Positions 11,151 through 22,669 of a stretch of 45,468 nt of DNA are shown one piece after another. Source of the DNA: Lytechinus pictus (lineage: Eukaryota); assembly GCF_037042905.1 (NCBI RefSeq), contig NC_087257.1, forward strand, positions 24,012,533 through 24,058,000, in the 5' to 3' direction. The notes beneath the pieces were generated by a model that ran no database searches, had not been told where the DNA came from, and was given only the letters and a program-made list of their open reading frames with translations. A program made the translations under genes and the position numbers. Position 1 is the stretch's first letter, and every line of letters begins with the position of its first letter.

Positions 11151-13439
11151 TTATAACTCATCTCTGTCTTGAAGCTGTGCTACTGTAGCATGCTCCTCGA
11201 TAAATTCACTAAATTTTTCTACTGACCTATCGCCGCCTTCAAACTTGACAGGATTGTTCTTATCTGTTGCTTTTGAGAAATAAATTGTCGGAAATCCTGT
11301 GGTTGAGTACGCTGGATTTGATATATCATTGGCAGTAGCGTCCATCTTAGCGATGACTAGGTTCTTGGTGTTTGCATATTTCTTGCCTAATTTCTTGTAT
11401 TCCGGCTCTAATTTTTTACAATGTCCGCACCACGGTGCATAAAACTCAATAAGGACGTCTTTTGACTTATCCAGGACGATTTTCTCGAATGTTTTCCCGA
11501 CGACGGTCTTGACAGCTGCTTTGGATTTCTTTGGAATGGGCTGGGACTTGATGACAGGTTTTATGTCACCTATGGAAAAAAAAAAGCAGAAAGAATATCA
11601 ACCTTCAGTTCATGCAACAATGAAATTTCACATAACAGATCACAGCACAAATGAAGGTCTGAATCCATTAGAAGGGCACATGATCTCTAAAAAATCTGAG
11701 AATGCTTGATCCATAGATGACATTGTGGGGTCGACATGGTTTAGTGGTTCTGACTCTCCTCTTTCAATCAGAGGGTCGTGGGTTCAAATCTCAGCCATGG
11801 CATTTTACCTTATGCAAGAAATTTACCCACATTGTGCCGCATTCAGCCAAGGTGGGTGTTTCACAAAGCTGTTCGTAAGTTAAGAGCAACTTTAAGAACA
11901 ACTGGTGAACCTTTCTTACGCGCTAAATAATCATCAATGAACATTTAATGGTGAATATCATTTACCACAAGAAAGGTTCACCAGTCGTTCTTAACTTACA
12001 GACAGCTTTATGAAATGGCCCCCTGGTGAGGTGAATGGTAACCTGCAGGATTAATGCCTTGATTCACTGAGCGCTGGAGGCGGCCCGAGCTAAAGCTGGG
12101 GTAATAAATAATACATTATTTCTAGATAGATGGCGGTATATAGATGCCTACTACCGGTATTATTATCATTATTACTATTCTTTCTTTCTTATTTCATCTC
12201 AATGTGCCACCCAATGACTAAAAATGGGTACCCAGTAAGTTGTATGTAAGTTATGAACGACTTTTTTTTTAATGAACAACGGGTGATCCTTAAAAGGAAC
12301 TTCATCATCATCAATGAAAAATCAAGAGTGTATCATTTACCAAAGAAAGGATCACCAGTCGTTCATAGCCACTCATAACTTACTAACAGCTTTATGAAAC
12401 ACCCACCTGGTCCATTGGAATTATATATATATATACACATATATATAGATATTCACCTTACCATACGATCAAATACCCTTTGAAATCTGCATGTTGGTTA
12501 AAAGGTTGTACATACCATTCTGCCATGATCTGATGAAATCCCTGAGAACTTCTGATTCAAACTCATCCTCCGGTTCCAGTTTGTACTTCAGTCCACCAGC
12601 CCCAAATATCCCAACGTTGATGTCCTCACCGCTGTCATCGAGCTCAAGCTGCTTCAGCTCATTTGCAAATTCATCCTCATCGGCGATGGCGAAGAGGAGC
12701 TCGTCAAATTCATTGTCTTTAGCAACCTCAACAATTTTTTGACGATAGATCTCAGTGGCTGTGACATCGGAAGAGAGTAAATAAAAATAAACGGTTAACT
12801 TTAGATCCAGGAGAAGTTTTGAAGCAAAGGAAACCATGTCAAAGAGTGTATGTTATTTTGCGTGCATACTTTGACACAAATGACGGGGGTTCATAGAAAG
12901 AATTTCATAGCTCACAACTATTGTTTCTGTCTTTTGCAGTACTTTCTCTTTTAACCTCAAGTTTGACAAGCATTCTGCTAAATATGTTAGGTCATGTTCA
13001 TCACAATCGTGAACATGATACAATTGGAGCTCCCTTATCTTGAAAAAAAAAACCAACAAATAACAAAAGAAATCAATCGACTTCTAAGAAAAGAAGAGTT
13101 TAAAAAACAAATAAGATTATTGGAAAATAAATGTAGTATGATTTCATGGAATTGACCTCCCCCCCCAAAAAAAAAGGTAGATACATGTACACAGTTCATA
13201 CAAACACCTATTTACACACAAAATGGTCCACCAGATGCATAATTTCAGATAACACAGATCTATTCTGCAATGGAGCCCATTTCACAAACCCATTTGATCT
13301 TAAATGATTTAGACCTTATCTTATCATGAGTTGTTTTTTAAAGTAAAAAATAAGCTTTAAATCTTTCATCCTCCTTACCAACTCTGTGATCAAGACTCCA
13401 ATCCACCGAGTAGAAAGCCAACAGTAGAGGGCGGTCATT
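11151..13439 (-). pseudogene. PDIA4: Protein disulfide-isomerase A4 (ERp72), 3' fragment only (last two exons plus part of the preceding exon)
   Basis: Exons ~13439-13379, 12758-12516, 11569-11151 with phase-1 introns give RPLLLAFYSVDWSLDHRVATEIYRQKIVEVAK...FAIADEDEF...KPVIKSQPIPK...EFYAPWCGHCKKLEP...KMDATAND...FEGGDRS...RDEL*. This matches the PDIA4 b'/a' domains and an ER-retention signal. Similarity stops mid-exon with no good acceptor and no further PDI exons. Confidence 0.85.
11727..12110 (+). mobile_element. tRNA-derived SINE interrupted by a MITE (~11852-12022) in the last PDIA4 intron
   Basis: TGGTTTAGTGGTT A box and GGGTTCAAATC B box. The nested MITE is the same family as 9392-9529; another partial copy lies at ~12234-12407. 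Confidence 0.7.
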
Positions 13440-14502
13440 TTTAACAAGTCCGCCAATTGTTTGATTAATTAATCCTCCACAAAAATAATGCTAACGAATC
13501 CATTCGAAACACACTAAACCTAGTCGCACCAGCCATGATGGAGGGTCTCCCAACATGTCCAACGTTAGCCTCAATTCTATGTACCACAGTGTTGCCAGGT
13601 CCGAGCTGAAGAAAGTCCCCAAAAGGCACTCGAAAAATCTAATAATAAAAAAACGAAAAATTTAATAAGTCTTTCCTTTACTTTGGTTTTGATTTGTGTG
13701 TGCAAGGTCTATGGGGTGACAAAACCTCTGTTCTTAGTGCACCCACCCCCTTTCAGTCTGGAGCGCGCGCTCGTAAATCATATTTACTCGATAAGATAAT
13801 AAATCATCACCTTTTTTAGATACCCTGGTGAGCTGAGGCACGTACAAGTCAAGTTCATTCTCGACAAAATATGTCATTGCCATTACCATCGTTCATTGAA
13901 CAGAAACCATCAGAACCTCTGGCTGGGACTGTACACGGCTTATATTAATATAAGAGAAAACATCAATTGAGATATCGGGGTAATGCTTAACATAGCATTA
14001 GAAAGAGAGGAAACGATTTTACCGAGCTTATCGCAAAGGCATTTTAAGGTTTAAAAAAACTCCGAAAGCGTTTGATGCAACCTTTATATGTATTTTTGTT
14101 TAAAAAAATAAAAGAGTATATGTAGTCAGTATTTCCGGATGGGGAGTGTGTGGATAGGGGCAGTCGGCCCCTACCCTCATCTCCGCGAATGACCATGGAT
14201 GTAAATGTATGTCTATACGGAAAGTGCAATTTCCACAGTGAATATTGACCAGGTTTACGATAGAAGGGGATGAGGTCCGTGTTTTGCCCTCTCCTTTTAT
14301 GCCTTATCGCATAATACTGTATAACGTCGAGATGATCTTCCTCAAAATATTATGAATCTTGACCAAGGGCCCCCTTTTCTGGTAAAGTCCCGTATTAATG
14401 CTCTTATTTTAAACCTCTGTGAAATGAATAAATAAAAGATAAGATTGATTTATTAAAAAAGAATGTACATATTATTTTCAATAAGAATTAGCTTTAATTG
14501 TT

Positions 14503-14748
14503 NNNNNNNNNNNNNNNNNNNNNNNNNNNNNNNNNNNNNNNNNNNNNNNNNNNNNNNNNNNNNNNNNNNNNNNNNNNNNNNNNNNNNNNNNNNNNNNNNN
14601 NNNNNNNNNNNNNNNNNNNNNNNNNNNNNNNNNNNNNNNNNNNNNNNNNNNNNNNNNNNNNNNNNNNNNNNNNNNNNNNNNNNNNNNNNNNNNNNNNNNN
14701 NNNNNNNNNNNNNNNNNNNNNNNNNNNNNNNNNNNNNNNNNNNNNNNN
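14503..14748. other. Assembly gap (others at 20146-20343, 25288-25421, 34558-34778)
   Basis: Runs of N. Confidence 1.
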
Positions 14749-14749
14749 G

Positions 14750-17360
14750 CCGAGAGACTGTAAAGACGTACAGCAGAGAGGTTCGACTTCGAGCGGAATG
14801 TACACGATTCAACCTGATCATAACGGCTGGCCCTTCCAAGTCTACTGTGATATGGTGACTGATGGCGGTGGTTGGACGGTAAGTACATTATTTACAGAAC
14901 GAAATAAAATTTCAAAAATAAATACATACTTATTTTTTCCATAATTACCAAATTCCATTAATTTTTGAAATCTTTCCCTACATTTTCCAATTCCTTTTAC
15001 TATCATTTTCCATCGTCCACTCGCTTACTTTGCATCTGGTTTGATTAACCTGTTTAATTTCTTTCTTCTCTATTTTCAATTTTCTTTAAATGAATTTATT
15101 TTCAGTGACATTCAATATTAATTGACTCTGTAAGACATCGGCCGTACATACCGTTATGTTCTTCATATCAACATTCCTGATGAGTGCTGAACAGTATTAT
15201 AACATCTTAATAAAGAATGCCTTTACAAAAGAACTCCAAAATCCCTTATTTGCTGTGCATAATTTTTATCTCTGTTTTATTATCACCTACCTATTTTCAA
15301 AAAAATATTTCACCCTCCAACTTGGGAGAAATGTTGAACTTTCAGGTAGTAATTCGATGGTTCATGCATGCAGTAACAGATCATATCGTCTACATGTAGC
15401 ACATTGGTCGATAGATGGTGCCATAACAAAATCATGCAATTCCTGGTTCATGCTTTCAGCCTTCTATTTTTTTTCTTATGAATGGAAATTATGTTGCTCA
15501 TTGTATCTGATATGGTCAAATTTTGAAGACTTGACACATCATCAAAGTATGAGAATGGGCAAAATATTTATATACTTTATTTGATTAGTTCTATAAAAAA
15601 AATCGGGTAGTTATAGATGCCGAGTACCTCCACATTTTTAAGAGTGTTTCGTAGGTTTATAATACTCTGATGACTGAAATGCAAACGATTTGGGGAAAAT
15701 TGAAAATTTTGAGGCAGGTTTTTTTCCCATCTATTTTGAATAATTCCATATGAATTGACTGGAGGCAAATAATACCTTTCGCACGAAATAAAATGTCACC
15801 GACAGTGAGTATGTAAGTCATCATGTGCATATTTCAAATTCACCTCGTGCTATCAATATCAATCACAAAGTAACTAGCCATAGGCCTACATGCCATAAAG
15901 GTCTACATGTAGTCTATAAGTGTCATCAGCAAGCTTGGAAAAGTTATACAGTCATGTGTAACACCTAAATGCATGTCATCCAATGGAGCGACTTCTATCA
16001 GCCGTTGACATGCTTCACTTTTTTTGTTACAGGTCTTCCAACGCCGTTCGAATGGTTCCGAACAGTTCCGACGCGGCTGGGCCAGCTATCGGAGGGGCTT
16101 CGGCTCAGCCGATGGCGAGTTCTGGCTCGGCCTTGATCGACTACATCGACTTACGTACCAAGACGAATACGAACTCAGGGTCGATATGTCCGACTTCGAC
16201 AACATCGCAGTGCATGCTGGGTATACATGGTTTAGGGTAGACGGCACAGCGTCAAATTATAGGCTACACGTTGGAGAATACAATGGAATCGCAGGTACAA
16301 AAACGCCAAGGGAGCCAATAAGGGGGTCTTCGTTTCCCACGACCCACGAAGGATTCAAGTACATAGAAAATGTATTGTTGATTTATGACAAAGAACAAAC
16401 AAGAATTCTTTGTCGAAAATTTGTAAATCAAAACAGCAGTTTCGTCCTGGATTCTGGACAAACAACATATTTGCAATTTTTCGTCACCTTCGAAACTTAG
16501 GACGAAATTTCCTGTTCCGGTTCACCAATTTCCGACAAACACCTCCCAGCTGTGCTATGTCATCTCGGGCATTTTCAATATATTTACTATGTTCTTGAAT
16601 TTGTCCCCGTTGCATTTGCGAAAATACCCCAATGATAAACAACCGATTACACCGTAGAAAATTTGGCGACGTGCACTTGTTGCCCAAATGGCAGAAGGAT
16701 TATCAGCCTTTTATGACCTACTATGTATCAGTTTCTTCATTCATAATATTTTCAGCCCTTATGATATTTATTTCATCAAGGGATCTCACAAAAAAGTTCC
16801 ACCTCATCTGACTGTTCTGGTTCTAGGGGTTATTCATTTACAATTGAATCAATTCTAAGGGTGGCAACCGCGTAAAACGTGCTCAAAGCTTCCTCAAGAG
16901 CTATGACTTAACCATAACAAGGGAAGTGTTTATAAACATCGCAATTGCATAACGTTTATTGTTCATAAATCTCTATTCGACTTCGAATTTTTAAAAGAAC
17001 TATTGATGATTAAAACCCCTAGACGTGCCAATTTCCCTTAAAAACTTCCTTGAAAACTCAGGTCCAACTTAACTTAGTATTCTCATTGATTGATTTTCAG
17101 GTGATGCACTGTCCTACCACGATGGTCAAGAGTTCAGCACGAACGACCGTGACCACGATTCGACCAATACGAGCCACTGCGCCAGAGACTCCGGCGAAGG
17201 AGGGTGGTGGTTTAATCGCTGCCTTGAGGCCAACCCGAACGGTCTCTACCTCGGAGGCCACACGGAAAGGACACGAGAGGGCATCGTGTGGACACCATGG
17301 AAAGGGGCGAATTACTCGTTGAAGACGATACAACTGAAATTGCGCCCAGTTGCAGATTAA
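14750..17360 (+). CDS. Fibrinogen-related domain (FReD; ficolin/MFAP4/angiopoietin-like) protein, 5' end missing at assembly gap
   Basis: Exons <14750-14878, 16033-16294, 17101-17360 give PRDC...[13 protein letters not shown]|VFQRR...[14 protein letters not shown]...|[20 protein letters not shown]...CA...GGWWFNRC...NPNGLY...YSLK...LRP. Canonical FReD motifs and an open frame; AATAAA near 17443. Confidence 0.9.
16322..16630. mobile_element. ~310-bp foldback MITE family, copy 1
   Basis: Long imperfect TIRs (GGATTCAAGTACATAG/CTATGTTCTTGAAT); internal sequence is the reverse complement of 18546-18854 and 21105-21325. Confidence 0.7.
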
Positions 17361-18545
17361 AGGAGAAAGAAAATACAGCGGCAGTCATGGTCCAGCTACA
17401 TTGTGTAGCCAGTCACATCCAGAAGAGACATATACTCGATTGAATAAATAAGGACACTGAAAGAGATTTGGTGAGGACCCCTAAAGACAAAGAAGTGTCA
17501 ACCAGAAGTCAACAAGAGGAGCGATTTGTAGACTTGTGGTTTGGCGATATGACCGACATTAAAGAAGCCAAAGAACTTGGCTACATGCTGCGTATTACGA
17601 CATTAGACGATTTCAAGATCTTTTTTTTTTTTTTTTTTCATTATGGCAATGTGACTAAAGTTTGAGGGAAACATACGCCTCCATGATACCTCAAAAGTCA
17701 AATGATAAAATACTTGGTGATTTTTTTTTTTCAGCGAAGTCACTCCGAACTATTCAAAAACTCTCGATGACAACTATGCTAACAAAATTGTAATGCGCTC
17801 GGGTTTGATGAAGGTCTTGTTTGTAACTAGCTTTCATAGTCAGGTTTTGGAAGATGGTATTGCCTAAGCCTGTTTATGAAAGTGGTTGGTTAAGATTATC
17901 ATGGTTATTGTTATTGTAAATACTAGTTGAAAATATGAACACGTTCAACCCATGAAGCTCACTTTTAACCGATATCTGAGTTCAAAACAAATTGAAAGGA
18001 AAGTATGATACCGGACCAGTAATAATAATAATTAGGTTATACACATGAGCATGGCCATTAACTTGTAAACATGTATTGCATTGACGGGCTACCAACATTT
18101 ATGGAAGAATAAAAGGCTGAAATTGAGATGATCTAGCTTGGTGCATTCATGACGTAGGTAGGGTTGAAGTCGGTCTTATATGTGGAAGACAACATGAGCC
18201 GTTGATAAAAGAGTTGCATTTGATCGCAACTCAAAAAATCAAAGGCAAGTCCCTAATACGTCTCATACAAGTCCCTTTGATCAGTTGAGAATCAAGTTGT
18301 GTTTGATTTTTGGACTTACGTTTCATTGAAGCTGTTTTTTAACGGGTCACAGGTCTCAGGACGATGGAAACTGTACGAGCATGAACACTCCAGCCAATGA
18401 CATGCGGACGACGGGTTTATTTTCCCGCTCTTGGGATGCATCGCTACGTTCTGTTTGCAAAACCACATCTAATTTGTACGAATAATAATGTCATGAAAAC
18501 CAGGAATGAAGTACATGATTCGATAAGGGTTTTTTTTTCATTGCA

Positions 18546-18854
18546 GAGTTTTCGCTCCACTCTTCACAATGGGTTCAAGAAGACAGTAAATGTGTTCAAA
18601 ATACCCATCAAATGACAAGGAACAGCTAGGAGGCCTTTGTCGAAACTTGGTGAAACGGACAAGTAGTTTCGTCTTACGTTTTAGAACTAACGAAAAATTG
18701 CAAATATGTCGTTTGTCCAGAGCCCAGGACGAAAGTGCTGTTTGATTCACCAATTTTCGACAAAGACTTTTTTGTTATTCTTTGTCACGAAGGGCATTGA
18801 CAATACATTTCCTATGTTCTTGAATCTGTCGTGCGTGTTGAGCAAACACTCCCC
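18546..18854. mobile_element. ~310-bp foldback MITE family, copy 2 (inverted relative to copy 1)
   Basis: ACGAAAAATTGCAAATATGTCGTTTGTCCAGA matches the reverse complement of ~16453-16484. Confidence 0.65.
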
Positions 18855-20770
18855 ATTGTCTTCAGTATCTTAATGAATGAACAAGAAAACTGAACAATAG
18901 AGAATTCACTTTAATAATATTGTGTATTTATCATGTTTATGCGCCGTTTTATGTATTATATTTCCGAACTTCAAATGTGGCGTAGATTATACTCGGATTT
19001 TCTGACTATTGCCTTTACGTGTATTATGTACCAGGTGCTGTGTAAATGGAAATATTTTTAGATTTAACTTATTGAATATGCTTTTTTAATTATAGATTTC
19101 AATCATGTTATGTACTGTATATATGTAATGCTTATACTCGTTAGACTTCTATTGCCATTATTTTCTAATGATATATGGTTAGTGCTTATTGTATATCTAT
19201 AGCCAGTCCAACTGTGCGGGAGTGAAACATTCGTCAGGGGCCTTGTTAACTTGTGTGTTATAGTGGGAGTGGAATCCACTCAAAAAATTGATTAAAATAA
19301 TCATGTGGACTCTTTAACTCGTAAAAATATATGGAATTCAATTTTACATAAACAGTAATAACTGGTATTGTGATATCTATTATCTATCAATTTATTTACA
19401 TTAATTTATTTTGGGTACTTCTATAAAGACCGATATTTACAAAAGCTCGCTTTATTTAACGACAACACTTACATAATATGTCTATAGCACATGTTATTTG
19501 CTTTATCAGAAGTCTTTGAATGTTACACAAAATATACATTTTTGTACAATAGATACTTAAATTAATTGCTATTTGTGATAAAGGACCGCCATTTTCAAAA
19601 CATTTTTTGTTCCTTAAGGGCCTTTTCACACGTGAATCTTGAATCATCATTGTAATGATGATTACAATTCGTCTTTAGAATCATCGGACCTTTCACACGC
19701 TCACTCGAAAACTGTGATTTGAATGGAATGGAACTGGAATTCACCGGAGGAGTAGAATTTGAATTCGTGACTGTGATTAGCGTTTGTGATTCTAATCATG
19801 TTTTGGTTTGGTTTCACACGTGCTGAACATTTTTCATTAGCCTTATTTTTCACTGGAATCATCATTCAAATTACTATTTTTTGTTTACCGTCGAACCTAA
19901 CAATGACCTCCACGAAAAACGCTTCTCGTGGCTTTTTAAAAATGCACAATCAAACGCCTCGTATAAACTTTTCAGGGAAGAGTAATTATCATAACATAGT
20001 GATATGGATCCTACTCAAATGATTGGCTGAAATGCATCATGTGACCAGTAATTTATTTTAGCGAACAAATTTGCTAATAACCGGTACTGATGGCTAATTC
20101 TTTTGACCGGTCAGGGTTGTGAGACGACGATGGTTTATCAGATTANNNNNNNNNNNNNNNNNNNNNNNNNNNNNNNNNNNNNNNNNNNNNNNNNNNNNNN
20201 NNNNNNNNNNNNNNNNNNNNNNNNNNNNNNNNNNNNNNNNNNNNNNNNNNNNNNNNNNNNNNNNNNNNNNNNNNNNNNNNNNNNNNNNNNNNNNNNNNNN
20301 NNNNNNNNNNNNNNNNNNNNNNNNNNNNNNNNNNNNNNNNNNNTGGCTTGGGCATATTACACACTGGATACAGTCCAAACGCCCTCGGCTATGCTTCGGG
20401 AGCATGCTAAAGGTATATCTCGATCGTGAAATTCTTACCAATGCCCTAGATGATATGTATTATTTGTATATTATTCAATTCAGTGGCGCTGGAACATTCG
20501 GCTCAGACAAGAGTTGGGATCAAGCCGTTGTTTACACACAATAGAAGCATGGAGGGGGGTCTTTAGTCTACAAATGTAGACCCACGTCTGCAGTGTGTGT
20601 ACCACAGCTGATTCAAGGAGTCTGCATAGCAGACTAGGTTTACTGTGGGCTGCAGATGTGGCTCGCTTCGCTCGCCCTTTCAGGCTGGTTTGCTTCGCAA
20701 ACCAGCAGCAGCGCGCTTCGCGCGCTGAGATCCCACCTCACGAGCCATTCAGAGTCTGCATAGCAGACTA

Positions 20771-21325
20771 GGGGGCCTTCGCTTAGCGACGTACGGAGGA
20801 TTCAAGAACAGAGTAAGACCGTGTTTACACAGTGACTCGGCTCGTGGGTTCGACACATGAGACGTGCTCATCACCGCAATTTTATGCTGTGTAAATGCGA
20901 TCAGTGTGATCCGCGAGTCGTGTCGAACACGACGTATTTGATCCGCCAAAATCGTAGGTTTCAACCACTGATCTCTCCACTAAGGCGATCACAGTTACCC
21001 TCTTCGCAGCGTTCGACCCTGCTTGAGGATTCAACACTCGAGCCGAGTCGTGTGTAAACACGGTACATGTTTTGACAATGCCCGTCAAAATTTAATAGCA
21101 AAGAAAGTTGGGAGGTCTTTGACTGATATTGGTGAACCGGAACAGCATTGTCGTCCTAAGTTTCCGAGCTGACGAAAAATCGCAAAGATGCCGTTTGTCG
21201 AGAATCAATTTATTCATCAATTTTCGACATCTTGAGACTTCTTTGTATTTGTTTTAATGACGGGCATTGGACAATACACTTTATCTGTTCTTGGATCTCC
21301 CGTGTGTCGCTATGCCAAAACTCCC
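20771..21325. mobile_element. Foldback MITE family, copy 3, with a nested TIR element at 20818-21064
   Basis: Nested TIR ACCGTGTTTACAC..GACTCGGCTCG/CGAGCCGAGTC.GTGTAAACACGGT splits the left TIR of the host. Confidence 0.7.
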
Positions 21326-22669
21326 GAATAATGTTCCGTTGCCACTGAGTATATTACCGGATGAATATATTATACGATATATATTTGATTGAAATATTAC
21401 TGTGACCATGTTCAGATTTTCTCACATTCTCGTATTCTACACATCACATACCCCATACTTCGGATTATATTTGAATGTACTGTATTTCATTGTCTCATGT
21501 GTGAAATAAAATAGAAAAATACTTATTGGAAACAATTCATATGTATTCGTTGTCAGCTGTCTAGTCATGTTAAATTATCGTATAAAAGCAATTATGATAT
21601 GAAGGAGATTGCGATGATAATAAAACATAACGACAATAATAGTAGTAAAGGTTGCTATATAACAGCAACAATAATTTTAGTAGTAATATTAGTGAAAGTT
21701 ATAATAATGATAATAATAATATAGGGCAGTTGTATCACGCACATATCCACCTTGATAGGTGCTCCCATATATAAAACTGATAACAATAAAAGAGTTGGCC
21801 TATAAATAATTGGCGATGATAATAGTAATGATGATAACAATAATTGTAGTCCTATATTTACGCTAAGTATACAGTCAAATGCAAATCATTATCCATGATT
21901 GGTTGTTCTATTGTTCATATTATACTTGACCATATAGACTTATATTTACCTTCAACTGTAGAACTGGTTATATCTTTAATATTACAGGTCCATGAAGCAA
22001 TTTATATAACCAAACCGTGGACCAGCTTTTAAAACTGTAATGATTTCAAAAATCAGCCAAGAAGAAAAAGGAGGAACAAATAACTGGAACATAATCCAAA
22101 CTTTAATTTACCCCCGGGAATTTACCACGGTTTGGACAAAAACACATTTGGCACTAAAAATGAACTGAAGGGATAATGATTTCATCCGAATATGAACAGA
22201 TGTTATTTTATCTGCAATAAACAAACGAATTATGGATCAATAATAAACAGTACTATATGTAGGCCTACTATCTTATAGACAATAAATGCATTCACATGCG
22301 TGCCGACTAAAGCTGTGCAAATCGTTAGTGCGCATTTGTTATAGCTCTGGTTTTCTTGTTATAATAACCTTGATAAGAATTATAATTATTGATTCAGATT
22401 TACATTTTGCATTATAGATCAATGCTCGGTGAGTGTAGGCCATTCATGAAGGGGATACCACCTTTTAACTATTTCACAGTCCTTGTTTGCAACCATTATT
22501 TCAGTAGAGCCCTCGTCATTAAAACTAATCTGGGTTACGAACGATCGACCAAACGAAGATTAACTCATTATACGCGGCGGGTTTCGCGGTCAATTTCTTG
22601 AGAGCCATTTCGGGATTCTGGACCGACTGCAAGGCATAACGAATCCCAGCTAACTGGTCAGGCCAGACC

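Noticed and set aside
13500-14502. Possible 5' exons or signal peptide for the FReD gene
   Set aside because: No convincing exon found; the 5' end lies in the gap or was removed by the breakpoint.
14453-14748. ORFs spanning N runs (also 20094-20544)
   Set aside because: Gap artefacts; only the FReD frame after 14750 is supported.
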